Assembly (NCBI GenBank): GCA_964610955.1
Contig: CAZSYV010000001.1
Coordinates: 17,305 to 81,304 of the forward strand
Direction: 5' to 3'
DNA: 64,000 nucleotides
From: an uncultured Klebsiella sp.
GTDB taxonomy: Bacteria; Pseudomonadota; Gammaproteobacteria; Pseudomonadales; UBA5518
This document shows positions 37,716 through 47,076 of the stretch, piece after piece (position 1 is the stretch's first letter; every line of letters begins with the position of its first letter). The notes beneath the pieces are model-generated. The model ran no database searches. It had not been told where the DNA came from and saw only the letters and a program-made list of their open reading frames with translations. Both the position numbers and the translations under genes were made by a program.

Positions 37716-40067
37716 ATGGATCAACGACACGAGTGCACGCGGAATCTTTTTATGTTGTGGGCAGTGAGCCTGCCATTGGCGGGTGCTGCTGTGGCACAGC
37801 AACCATCCCACAGTCCAGAATTGCATCTGGAAGGGAGCCGGACCTCACGCGTTGAAGAGATCGTCGTGATGGCCCGACGCAAGGCCGAGAACCTGCAGAA
37901 AGTGCCCACGGCTGTTACAGCCATCGGTGCGAACGATCTCGAAGCACTGAAGATTCAAGGCTTTCAGACTGTTGGCCAGACCGTGCCGAACGTCTACATT
38001 CAGAAGCAGGGCGGCTCACCCGCCGCGCCGCAGGTGATGATCCGCGGCGTCTCGACGGGCTCTCTCAATCTGCAGGTCGACTCGGGCGTGGGCATGTACA
38101 TCGACGGTGTCTATATTGCCCGCACCGGCGCCTCAGCCTTCGAACTGGCAGACCTGGAGCGTGTCGAGGTGCTTCGTGGACCGCAAGGGACGCTCTTCGG
38201 ACGAAACGCCACGGGCGGGGCAATCAACATCATCACCGCGGGGCCGACCGGCGAGTCCGGTGGGCGTGTGGAAGTCGGCGCAGGCAACTTCCGGGAACAG
38301 CGCTACAAGGCGACACTGAACCTGCCGGAATGGCACGGGCTCGCCGTGCGACTCACTGCCGCTCACTCGGAGAGCGAGGGTGATGTACGCAACACCGCGG
38401 TTCGGCACAGTTTCAACTTTCCTGCACCCTTCGGAACGATCACTACCGCGAAGCGTGGCGGCGACAACGATACCGATACGGGCCTGCTCGCGCTGCGCTA
38501 CACCGGCATCGACCGTCTGTCGCTCGATTACCGGTTCGACATCACCAACTGGCGAGGCACCAAGAACTTCCGCCAACTCGGCAGTCTGAGTCCCTGTGTC
38601 GACTTCGACACGACCGCTGCACCCTGCATGGTGGAACTCGGGGTGGTGAGGACCGTCTCGCCCTTCGACCTGTCCTTCAGATATCGCGATCATCTCGCCC
38701 AGCCGCTCGAGAGCGAGGCGTGGAACCGGGTGAGAGGCCAGTCGCTCACCGGTTCGTACGAACTCACCGACCGCCTGACAGTGAAGTACATCGGCAGCTA
38801 CCGCGAATATCGTCTCAGCGCCGGTGGCAACCAGGTGTACGGTGGCGGTGAGTTCATCGACGACAACGGCGTGGGCGGCAGCATTGGCGGTGTGTGGACA
38901 CCTTTGTTCGCTCTCCGCAAGGAACGGCAGCACCAGCAGTCCCACGAGCTGCAGCTGCTCGGCGCGACCGGCTCCCTCGATTGGCTGATGGGGCTGTTTC
39001 AGTTCGAGGAAAAGGGATCCAACAACAACCCTGTCATGCTCTTCAAGTCCTATGGGGAACAGAACACCATCAGCGCGGCAGGTCTCGATTATTTCGTCGG
39101 ACAGAACGTACGAGTCCGCAACCGCTCGAGCGCAGCCTACGCCCACGCTACCTGGCACGTCGGGGCATTCGACCTCAGCGGTGGCGTGCGCCATACGCGC
39201 GACAAGCGCGACGAGCACGTGATCGCGGCTGGCCTGATCGGTTTCGTGCTCCCCGGCAATCAGGACTTCGACTACAAGGGCAGCAACACCGACTACGACG
39301 TCTCGGTGACCTACAACATCAGCCCGTCGATCAACGTCTACGCGAAGCATGCGACGGGCTACGTCTCGGGCGGCTCACTCATGGGCAATCGCTTCGAGCC
39401 GGACAAGATCAAAGCCTACGAGCTTGGCCTCAAGTCCGAACTTCTCGACGAGCGGCTGCGCCTGAATGTCGCACTCTTCAGGCAGGACCGTACGGATGTC
39501 CAGATCGAAGGCTTCACGGGGACCGGTTATCTCATGGGACGGGGCCGCGACATCACCTCGGAGGGTGTCGAGATCGAAGCGACCTTCGTGCCCACCGACG
39601 GTCTGTCCATCAATGCGACCTACGGCTACACGAAGGTGGACAGCGACGGTCAGCTGCGCACCTACCAGCCGAAGCAGACCGCCTTCCTCGGTGTCGAGTA
39701 CGAGTTTCGCACGCTGGACAACGGCATCAGGCCGAGCTTCCGCATGGACGTGGGCTGGCGCGACGATGCCTTCCGGCTGGTCTGCCCGGCGGGGCAGGAT
39801 CCCGTACCCGCCACGGACGTCTGTGTCGGCACGCCAGACCCGACACTCGACCGGCTGGCGCTGGTGAAGGCGGTAACGCTCGTGAATGCGCGGCTGTCGC
39901 TGGCCGAGGTGCCACTGGGCGGAACCCGTGGTCGCGTGTCGCTGTGGGGCCGGAACCTGCTCGACGAGAATGAAATAGAGTATGACTTTTCGCTCGGCGG
40001 CCCAACCATCACGGGGATCTTCATGCGACCACGCACCTATGGAATCGACTTCACCATCGATTTCTGA
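37716..40067 (+). CDS. TonB-dependent outer-membrane receptor
   Basis: Signal peptide and plug domain (EEIVVMARRKAENLQKVPTAVTAI..., LERVEVLRGPQGTLFGRNATGGAINIIT). The terminal beta-strand ends ...YGIDFTIDF. Confidence 0.9.
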   Translation: MDQRHECTRNLFMLWAVSLPLAGAAVAQQPSHSPELHLEGSRTSRVEEIVVMARRKAENLQKVPTAVTAIGANDLEALKIQGFQTVGQTVPNVYIQKQGGSPAAPQVMIRGVSTGSLNLQVDSGVGMYIDGVYIARTGASAFELADLERVEVLRGPQGTLFGRNATGGAINIITAGPTGESGGRVEVGAGNFREQRYKATLNLPEWHGLAVRLTAAHSESEGDVRNTAVRHSFNFPAPFGTITTAKRGGDNDTDTGLLALRYTGIDRLSLDYRFDITNWRGTKNFRQLGSLSPCVDFDTTAAPCMVELGVVRTVSPFDLSFRYRDHLAQPLESEAWNRVRGQSLTGSYELTDRLTVKYIGSYREYRLSAGGNQVYGGGEFIDDNGVGGSIGGVWTPLFALRKERQHQQSHELQLLGATGSLDWLMGLFQFEEKGSNNNPVMLFKSYGEQNTISAAGLDYFVGQNVRVRNRSSAAYAHATWHVGAFDLSGGVRHTRDKRDEHVIAAGLIGFVLPGNQDFDYKGSNTDYDVSVTYNISPSINVYAKHATGYVSGGSLMGNRFEPDKIKAYELGLKSELLDERLRLNVALFRQDRTDVQIEGFTGTGYLMGRGRDITSEGVEIEATFVPTDGLSINATYGYTKVDSDGQLRTYQPKQTAFLGVEYEFRTLDNGIRPSFRMDVGWRDDAFRLVCPAGQDPVPATDVCVGTPDPTLDRLALVKAVTLVNARLSLAEVPLGGTRGRVSLWGRNLLDENEIEYDFSLGGPTITGIFMRPRTYGIDFTIDF

Positions 40068-40260
40068 GGTCTTCCGTCACACTACCAGCTCGCGGACAGG
40101 CGTCCCGAGCACGGTATTGAAGCCGGCTGACATTGCGCTGACGACGCATCCGGTTCCACAGCATGGGGCGCCTCCCGTGACGGTAACAGGACTCGATCAC
40201 TCCCTGAGTGTCCCGCATGCCTGTCTTCACCACGCATCGACAGCACGGCTGGGATCACTC

Positions 40261-41496
40261 ATGCTGCATGCAGTGCAGCCCGGAAATTCCGCCATGAGAT
40301 CTCCCTGCGAGGCGGGCACACCAGATCCGATGACGCTCGAGCCGGCACGGAACCTGCTGTCTCCGGACGTACAGCACTTCAGCCACCTCGTACACCTGAT
40401 TCACGAAGGGGTGCTCGAAACCCGGGCGCTGCGCCGCTTCCTCGAACTGCTCACGATCCAGCTGCACGGCAACAGTGGAATCCTTATCCTGCGGAGTTCC
40501 CATCTCGGCGAGCCGCCAATGAGCATCGTGCACGGCTATGTGCCAAGATCGGATTCCTCCTATTTCGGTTACTACATGGCGACCGACCCCTTCGTGCAAC
40601 TGCCTGAAGGGCGCGCCATCACGATGCATGACTTCGTGGATACTGCAGAACTCGAGCGCAGCGAGTATTTCCGCGAATACCTGATACCGCTCGACATGGT
40701 ATACGCGCTCGGCGTGGATCTACGCGACAAGGGCCGCTACCACGTGCGGCTGCGCATCTGCCGCCCGCGCCAGGCGGGCAACTTCACGGCGACCGACTGC
40801 CGCTACGTGGAAGCCTTCGTACCTCACCTCAGAACCGCCATGCGCATCTTCGCCGAGCTCGACGTCATGCGCTCCGAACGAGGCTTCTACGCCGAAGCCA
40901 TGGACCAGCTCACGCTCGCGACCATCGTGCTCAACGAAACGGGTGAGATCCTGCATGCCAATCGTCTGGCCGAATCCATTCTCGCCACACGTGATGGCCT
41001 CTCACGGTCGAACGATACCCTCATGATCGATCACCACGACGACGCGAAACGTTTTCGCGAGCTCGTCGTGCGTGCCGTCGAGGCACAGCGGACATCGCGC
41101 ACAGGGCTTGTCGAAGTGATGCGGGTCCGTCGTCCATCGGGGAAACCGGACATCAGCCTGGCGGTGCGCCCTTCGACCTCGCGAACCGGTCTCCAGAACG
41201 AGCGCCTGACCAACACGGTGGCAGTATTCCTCAGCACGAACACGCTGGACGGCGACGAGAAGCCACCCATGTCCGCCGAAGTCATCCAGAAGCTCTTCGG
41301 CCTCACGCCGAAGGAAGCAACCCTCGCGCTGCACCTTGCAGCCGGCAAATCACTGCTGGACGCCGCCCGAACGCTCAACATGAGCCCAAACACCGCACGT
41401 ACCCATCTGCGGTCGGTCTTTGCGAAGACCGGGGTCGACCGGCAGGCCAGTCTCGTGCGTGTGCTGCTGAAAAGCGTGGCCATGCTTGGGCAATGA
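40261..41496 (+). CDS. LuxR-family transcriptional regulator (uncharacterised N-terminal sensory domain + C-terminal HTH)
   Basis: C-terminal LuxR/GerE HTH: ...LTPKEATLALHLAAGKSLLDAARTLNMSPNTARTHLRSVFAKTGV... The start is uncertain (ATG 40261, 40294 or 40330); the track start at 39982 overlaps the receptor gene. Confidence 0.8.
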   Translation: MLHAVQPGNSAMRSPCEAGTPDPMTLEPARNLLSPDVQHFSHLVHLIHEGVLETRALRRFLELLTIQLHGNSGILILRSSHLGEPPMSIVHGYVPRSDSSYFGYYMATDPFVQLPEGRAITMHDFVDTAELERSEYFREYLIPLDMVYALGVDLRDKGRYHVRLRICRPRQAGNFTATDCRYVEAFVPHLRTAMRIFAELDVMRSERGFYAEAMDQLTLATIVLNETGEILHANRLAESILATRDGLSRSNDTLMIDHHDDAKRFRELVVRAVEAQRTSRTGLVEVMRVRRPSGKPDISLAVRPSTSRTGLQNERLTNTVAVFLSTNTLDGDEKPPMSAEVIQKLFGLTPKEATLALHLAAGKSLLDAARTLNMSPNTARTHLRSVFAKTGVDRQASLVRVLLKSVAMLGQ

Positions 41497-41540
41497 GCGG
41501 GTCGCATCATGCTTCGCCGCCAACCGCACTCCTGGACGGA

Positions 41541-42812
41541 TCAGGCCTCCAGCGCCTGCGACAGATCGGCCAGGATGTCGTCGATGTGTTCGACACCGAT
41601 GCACAGGCGGATCATTCCGGGCGTGACGCCTGCCTGCGCCTGCTCCTCATCGCTCAGCTGGCGGTGCGTGGTCGATGCCGGGTGACAGGCGAGCGATCTG
41701 GTGTCGCCGATGTTCACGAGGCGCTTGAACAGTTTCAGCGCATCGTAGAAACGAATTGCCTTGTCCAGGCCACCCTTGACCTCGAAGGTCAGCAACGATG
41801 CCGGCAGCCCGCCCGCACAGTAGCGTTGCGCCAGTGCATGATAGGCGTGCGAAGGCAGTCCGGCGTAGCTCACGCTGCTCACCCCGGCGTGCGCCTCGAG
41901 AAAGCGGGCCACTGCGAGTGCGTTGCTGCAGTGACGCTCCATGCGCAGGGCGAGCGTCTCGATCCCCTGCAGGATGAGGAATGCATTCATCGGTGACAGC
42001 GCGGAACCGGTGTTGCGCAGCGGCACGGTACGCGCACGCGCGATGTACGCCGCCGCCCCCATCGCCTCCGTGTAGACGACACCGTGATACGACGGTTCCG
42101 GCGTGGTCAGCATCGGATACTTTGCCGCGTGCTGCGTCCACGGGAAGTTGCCACCGTCGACGATGATGCCACCGAGCGAATTGGAGTGCCCTCCCATGTA
42201 TTTCGTCAATGCATGCACCACGATGTGCGCGCCATGCTCGATCGGCTTGGTCAGCATCGGCGTGGCAACGGTATTGTCGACGATCAACGGTACGCCCCGC
42301 TCGTTGGCGATGCGCGCCATCGCCGCGAGATCGGCGATGTTGCCCGCAGGGTTGCCGATGCTCTCGCAGAAGATCGCCCGCGTATCGGCATCCACGGCTG
42401 CCGCGATGTCCTCGGCGCGATCGCTCGCAGCGAACTTCACGCGAATGCCCAGGCTCGGCAGCATGTGCGCAAACAGCGTATAGGTACCCCCGTAGAGCTG
42501 CGGCGTGCTGACGATGTTCGCACCCGCCGTCGCCAGCGTGAGGATCGCGTAGTTGATCGCCGCCATTCCCGAACTCACGGCAAGCGCAGCGACACCACCC
42601 TCGAGGTCGGCCACCCGCTTCTCCAGCACATCGGTGGTCGGATTCATGATGCGCGTGTAGATGTTGCCGGGTACCGCGAGGTTGAATAGGTCGGCCCCGT
42701 GCTGTGCACTGTCGAACTCGTAGGAGACGGTCTGATAGATCGGCGGCACGACCGAATGCGTGGTGGGATCGCCGGGATAGCCGGAATGGATCAGCTTGGT
42801 TTCGTCGCGCAT
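41541..42812 (-). CDS. metY: O-acetylhomoserine sulfhydrylase
   Basis: Colinear with MetY as I remember it: ...PIYQTVSYEFDSAQHGADLFNLAVPGNIYTRIMNPTTDVLEKRVADLEGG... and the PLP lysine region HALTKYMGGH. Confidence 0.9.
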   Translation of the reverse strand: MRDETKLIHSGYPGDPTTHSVVPPIYQTVSYEFDSAQHGADLFNLAVPGNIYTRIMNPTTDVLEKRVADLEGGVAALAVSSGMAAINYAILTLATAGANIVSTPQLYGGTYTLFAHMLPSLGIRVKFAASDRAEDIAAAVDADTRAIFCESIGNPAGNIADLAAMARIANERGVPLIVDNTVATPMLTKPIEHGAHIVVHALTKYMGGHSNSLGGIIVDGGNFPWTQHAAKYPMLTTPEPSYHGVVYTEAMGAAAYIARARTVPLRNTGSALSPMNAFLILQGIETLALRMERHCSNALAVARFLEAHAGVSSVSYAGLPSHAYHALAQRYCAGGLPASLLTFEVKGGLDKAIRFYDALKLFKRLVNIGDTRSLACHPASTTHRQLSDEEQAQAGVTPGMIRLCIGVEHIDDILADLSQALEA

Positions 42813-42951
42813 TGCTTTTGTCCTGCCTTGTCCTGTGATCACTGCAAGGCCGCCATCTTAAGGACTGCGCTGCAGCTGTGCAAAGCTCGACGGTAGGCGC
42901 ACGCAGCCCACTCACTTACACTGCGTGGCGCATTGCAGGAGCGAAGAGGAA

Positions 42952-43650
42952 ATGTCCCCGAAGACCGTGAACTGCGAGATGGCAATCCCGGCGCCGAAGC
43001 GCCGCCGCGGGCGCCCGCTGGGCAGCGGTATCGCCACCGCCACGCGCGAGCGCATCCTGCGTGCAGCGATCCACCGCTTCGCACAGTCCGGGTACGCACA
43101 GACGAGCAACCAGGACATTGCACGTGAAGCCGGCATCACCAGCGGTTCGCTGTACCACTACTTCGACTCCAAGGCGGCGCTGTTTCGTGCCGCACTGCAC
43201 CACTGCACGGGCACGTTGATCGACGCCTATCACGGCGCCTGTCGTGATGCGGCTGCACAGAGCGTGGTCGAACAGCTCTGCCTCGGCCTCGAGCGGATCA
43301 TCGAGCTTGCAGCAGACTGGCCTGGCATCGTGCGCTTTGGCGGCAACGCCGCCGAGGAGATCCGCCACAACCGCGACCTTGACTGGCTTGACATCGAACA
43401 TGCACAGGCATTCCCCGACTTCTTCCGCAATCTGGTCGGCGAGGCGGTACGGCGTGGCGAGCTTGGGAGGGACGTCAACCAGGAGGACGTCGCCGCACTG
43501 CTGCTCACACTCACCATGGGACTGTCGATTTCCTGGGCCAGCGACAATGACGATCAGTCCTTCGCCGCCCGGGTACGCATCTACGAGCGGCTCCTGCGCG
43601 GTGAACTGTTCCACAACGGCAGTGACACAATTAATCTATTGACCAGTTGA
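42952..43650 (+). CDS. TetR-family transcriptional regulator
   Basis: N-terminal HTH ...RERILRAAIHRFAQSGYAQTSNQDIAREAGITSGSLYHYFDSK... A GAAGAGGAA RBS precedes ATG 42952. Confidence 0.9.
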   Translation: MSPKTVNCEMAIPAPKRRRGRPLGSGIATATRERILRAAIHRFAQSGYAQTSNQDIAREAGITSGSLYHYFDSKAALFRAALHHCTGTLIDAYHGACRDAAAQSVVEQLCLGLERIIELAADWPGIVRFGGNAAEEIRHNRDLDWLDIEHAQAFPDFFRNLVGEAVRRGELGRDVNQEDVAALLLTLTMGLSISWASDNDDQSFAARVRIYERLLRGELFHNGSDTINLLTS

Positions 43651-43652
43651 TT
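43633..43652. promoter_or_regulatory. Imperfect 20-bp palindrome (AATCTATTGACCAGTTGATT), candidate TetR operator / promoter element
   Basis: 14 of 20 positions are dyad-symmetric. It overlaps the tetR stop and contains TTGACC, about 50 nt upstream of the acyl-CoA dehydrogenase ATG. Sequence pattern only. Confidence 0.25.
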
Positions 43653-43702
43653 TGTTGCTGTTCCAATGCCTCGAAAACAACAGCACATCTTGAGGAGCAG
43701 TC

Positions 43703-44911
43703 ATGGCATTCGATCTGGATCCGAACCTGAGTGATGAGATGCGTGCGATCCGCGCGAGTTGTCACCGTTTCGCGACCGAGGTTCTGCGACCCGTCGGGAT
43801 TCGGCTCGACCGCATGTCGGCACAGGAACTGATCGCAGCAGACTCACCGCTCTGGGGCGTGCTGAAGCAGTTTCGCACGCTCGGCCTCGGAGGCGGAGCG
43901 ATGATCGACGACCCATCACTCTCGCCCGCCGAGCGCGCGCTCACGCACAGCATCGTCGTCGAGGAGCTGAGCGCCGGGGACGTTGGCCTGTTCATCACCT
44001 GCGCGTTGCAGAACATCGCACCGGTGATCGCACGGGCAGCCGGGCGCGAGGATCTGGTCGAGTACTTTGGCGCACGTGACGAGATCTGCTGCCTGGCGCT
44101 TACCGAACCGGGCTGCGGCAGCGACATCCTCGCCTTCACCGAACCGAGCTATCGCGACCCACGCGTGAAGCCGGTGCTGAAATGCCGCCGTGAGGGGGAT
44201 GTCTATGTATTGAACGGTCAGAAGTCCTCCTGGGTGTCGACGGGCACGATTGCGGGCTCGGCAAGCGTCTACGCCACATTCGAGAACTCCCCGGTCGGAC
44301 TTGCCGACGGTGCGGTATTCCTGATGCCGCTCGATCTGCCTGGAGTCACCCGCGGCAAACCGCTGGAGAAGATCGGCCAGCGCACACTGAACCAGGGCGA
44401 GATCTTCTTCGACAATGTCGAAGTACCCGCGCAGTTCCTGGTCGCCGCAGGGCCGGAAGTCTACCCCCTGGTCTGGGAGCAGACCCTGAAGGGTGCCAAT
44501 ATCGCCATGGGTCAGCAGTTCGTCGGCGTCGCACGCGCAGCGTGGGAGCTGGCGCTCGCCTATGCGAAGCAGTGGGTACAGGGAGGCGGGCCGATCATCC
44601 AGCACCAGAACGTGAAGAGCCGACTGTTCTCGATGTTTCAGAAAGTCGAGACGGCCCGGGCGCTGGCACGCCGGGTCGCGATCGCCGACGCTACCCAACC
44701 CGGGGGCGTGCCGTTCCAGTACGCCACCGCCAGCAAGGTCTATGTGACCCAGGCAGCGCTCGAGGTTGCCAATGATGCGATCCAGACGCTCGGCGGCAAC
44801 GGCCTCACGCACGAATACCCCGTCGAGAAGCTGTTCCGTGACGCACGCTCCTCACTGATCGAGGACGGCGAGAACAGCATGCTCGGCCTGATGGCTGCAG
44901 CCCGGTTCTGA
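43703..44911 (+). CDS. Acyl-CoA dehydrogenase
   Basis: ACAD layout: ...CLALTEPGCGSD..., ...YVLNGQKSWVS..., C-terminal ...QTLGGNGLTHEYPVEKLFRDARSSLIEDGENSM... GAGGAG RBS. Confidence 0.9.
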   Translation: MAFDLDPNLSDEMRAIRASCHRFATEVLRPVGIRLDRMSAQELIAADSPLWGVLKQFRTLGLGGGAMIDDPSLSPAERALTHSIVVEELSAGDVGLFITCALQNIAPVIARAAGREDLVEYFGARDEICCLALTEPGCGSDILAFTEPSYRDPRVKPVLKCRREGDVYVLNGQKSSWVSTGTIAGSASVYATFENSPVGLADGAVFLMPLDLPGVTRGKPLEKIGQRTLNQGEIFFDNVEVPAQFLVAAGPEVYPLVWEQTLKGANIAMGQQFVGVARAAWELALAYAKQWVQGGGPIIQHQNVKSRLFSMFQKVETARALARRVAIADATQPGGVPFQYATASKVYVTQAALEVANDAIQTLGGNGLTHEYPVEKLFRDARSSLIEDGENSMLGLMAAARF

Positions 44912-44981
44912 TGTCCACAACCACCGGTACCTGCCTCCCAACCACCGCCCCACACGTCCGATTCGCACAGGAGTCTCACCC

Positions 44982-45827
44982 ATGGAACTGAAGGAAGTCA
45001 TCGGCCGACGCCGCTCGATTCGCATCTTTGCGTCATGGCGCCCCGTCGAGCGCGAGAAGATCCAGAAGATGCTCGAGGCCGCACGACGCGCCTCCTGTGC
45101 CGGCAATGTGATGAATATCCGGGCAATCGTCATCTGGCGCGACAAGGCATCGAAGGAGCTGCTGGACAGCATCAAGCTGCCGATCAGCTACCAGCAGATG
45201 CAGACCGCACCGGTATTCATCCTCTGGTACAACGAACCGATGGCCTATGAGGGCGAGCACTGGGTACGGACTGTCACCGAGTTGGTCGAGACCCGACGCA
45301 TGGGCGTGCACATCGAGGAGACGATCGAGGAAGTGAAGCAGAAGCTCGCTCCGGGTTTTCTGATGAACGACCCGCGCGTGACCGGCAACTCGCCGGGCGC
45401 GATCATGGACTGCGGCCAGGCAATCGCGCAGGCAACACTGGTAGCCTACGACGAAGGGCTGGGCAGCTGCATGATGGGCGGACCGGTGCTCGGACGGGTC
45501 GGGCGCCGACTGAAGATGCCCGAGACCGGTGTCGCGCTGGCGCTGCAGGCAGTCGGCTATCCAGCCGAGTCGTGGGAAGCCGGTGGTCAGACCAGCAAGC
45601 CCCCGCTCGAGGAACTGTTCCACGAGATGGAGTACGGCACGCCATTTCACTCGGATCCGGCGGTGGTCGCCGAACTCGAGCGTGAGGGGCTGATTCAGAC
45701 ACCGGCACCCCTGCCGTGGCGCGATGCGGAGCTGCGCGCGCTGGCAAAGGCGACCGATCTGGAGACGAAACTGTGGCGCGACGATGCGTTCGAGGCGCTC
45801 GCCGATGACCCGAAGTCCAGCTGGTGA
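44982..45827 (+). CDS. Nitroreductase-family flavoprotein with about 80-aa C-terminal extension
   Basis: N-terminal ...IGRRRSIRIF... FMN-binding motif, and ...AIAQATLVAYDEGLGSCMMGG... AGGAG RBS. Confidence 0.8.
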   Translation: MELKEVIGRRRSIRIFASWRPVEREKIQKMLEAARRASCAGNVMNIRAIVIWRDKASKELLDSIKLPISYQQMQTAPVFILWYNEPMAYEGEHWVRTVTELVETRRMGVHIEETIEEVKQKLAPGFLMNDPRVTGNSPGAIMDCGQAIAQATLVAYDEGLGSCMMGGPVLGRVGRRLKMPETGVALALQAVGYPAESWEAGGQTSKPPLEELFHEMEYGTPFHSDPAVVAELEREGLIQTPAPLPWRDAELRALAKATDLETKLWRDDAFEALADDPKSSW

Positions 45828-45848
45828 ACGATACACGGGGATCCGAAC

Positions 45849-47060
45849 ATGCGACTGAGCGCAGTGGTGGCCGGCGTCGGCATGACGACCTTCGGCAAGC
45901 ATCTCGACAAGAGCATCAAGTGGCTTGGCGGCCAGCCTGCACTCGAGGCGATCCGCGATGCCGGGATCGATCCGGAGGAGATCGAGGCAGCCTACGTCGG
46001 CAACTGTGCCGCCGGCATCGTTACCGGACAGGAGTCGATCCGCGGCCAGGTCGTGCTGAGTTCGATCGGTCTGGGGAGATTCCCCATCATCAACATCGAG
46101 AACGCCTGCGGCAGCGGCTCCACGGCACTCAACCAGGCCGCGATGATGATCTCGGCCGGCTACTACGATGTGGTGCTGGTGGTTGGCTTCGAGAAGCTGT
46201 TCCATGAGAACAAGGCGATCACCTTCAGCGCCTTCGGTGGCGCAATCGACGTCGAGGCACGCGATGCCTTCATGGCAGCCAACACGGCTGGCCAGAGCGC
46301 AGGATCCGGCACGAAGCGCTCGATGTTCACCGACTTCTACGGTGTGCTGGCACGTGAGTACATGGCCTCTCACGGAACGCAACTGCGCCATTTCGCCATG
46401 GTCTCGGCAAAGAACTCGGTGCACGGCAGCCTGAATCCACGCGCGCAGTTCCAGAAGGCGGTGACGGTGGAGGAAGTGCTTGCCGAACCGGTGATCGTCG
46501 ATCCGCTGACGCGCCCGATGATCTGTCCGGTTGCCGACGGTGGCGCGGCACTCGTGCTCGTCAGCGAGCGCAAGGCACGACGCATGGGAATCCACAGGCC
46601 GGTGCGCATCGTGTCCTCCGTGGTGCACTCGTACTTCGAACACCCCGACAACTCTCCCGAGAACGTGATGAGCATCTCGATCGACGAGGCCTATCACGAT
46701 GCGGGCGTCGGACCACGCGAGCTCAGCGTGGTCGAGCTGCACGACTCCTCGGCGGTCACCGAGCTGCTGACCTACGAGCACCTGGGACTCTGCCGGGCAG
46801 ATGAGGTCATCGAATTTCTCGAGCATGGCGAAAGCTCGCTCGGCGGGCGGATTCCGGTCAACACCTCGGGCGGGCTGCTGCGCAAGGGGCATCCGGTCGG
46901 TGCAACAGGCGTCGCACAGCTCGCCGAGATCACCTGGCAGCTGCAGGGACGCGCCGGCGCGCGTCAGGTACAGGGTGCCCGCATCGGTCTGTGCCACAAC
47001 GGCGGCGGATCGCTCGGCAACGACACTGCGGTGATGAACATCACCATCGCGATGCGCTGA
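45849..47060 (+). CDS. SCPx-type thiolase (lipid-transfer-protein-like acetyl-CoA C-acyltransferase)
   Basis: ...GVGMTTFGKH..., the nucleophile region NIENACGSGSTALNQAAMMI, and C-terminal ...NTSGGLLRKGHPVGATG... and ...HNGGG... Confidence 0.9.
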   Translation: MRLSAVVAGVGMTTFGKHLDKSIKWLGGQPALEAIRDAGIDPEEIEAAYVGNCAAGIVTGQESIRGQVVLSSIGLGRFPIINIENACGSGSTALNQAAMMISAGYYDVVLVVGFEKLFHENKAITFSAFGGAIDVEARDAFMAANTAGQSAGSGTKRSMFTDFYGVLAREYMASHGTQLRHFAMVSAKNSVHGSLNPRAQFQKAVTVEEVLAEPVIVDPLTRPMICPVADGGAALVLVSERKARRMGIHRPVRIVSSVVHSYFEHPDNSPENVMSISIDEAYHDAGVGPRELSVVELHDSSAVTELLTYEHLGLCRADEVIEFLEHGESSLGGRIPVNTSGGLLRKGHPVGATGVAQLAEITWQLQGRAGARQVQGARIGLCHNGGGSLGNDTAVMNITIAMR

Positions 47061-47076
47061 CACTCGGAGGCAAACC

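Noticed and set aside
40231-40257. Third TGATCC-like ECF motif (minus strand: TGATCC-N17-CGTG)
   Set aside because: The spacing is wrong by one, the -10 core differs, and there is no minus-strand gene downstream because it points into the 3' end of the receptor gene. I take it as a chance occurrence, and as a caution about the specificity of the motif.
42813-42951. Possible SAM riboswitch (SAM-II-like) in the metY leader
   Set aside because: The leader contains GAGCUUUG ... ACAAAAGCAAUG, which faintly recalls the GCUU / AAAGCU elements. I cannot reconstruct the conserved pseudoknot or the other conserved positions by eye. An Rfam covariance-model scan (SAM-II, SAM-V, SAM/SAH) would decide. 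I did not call it.
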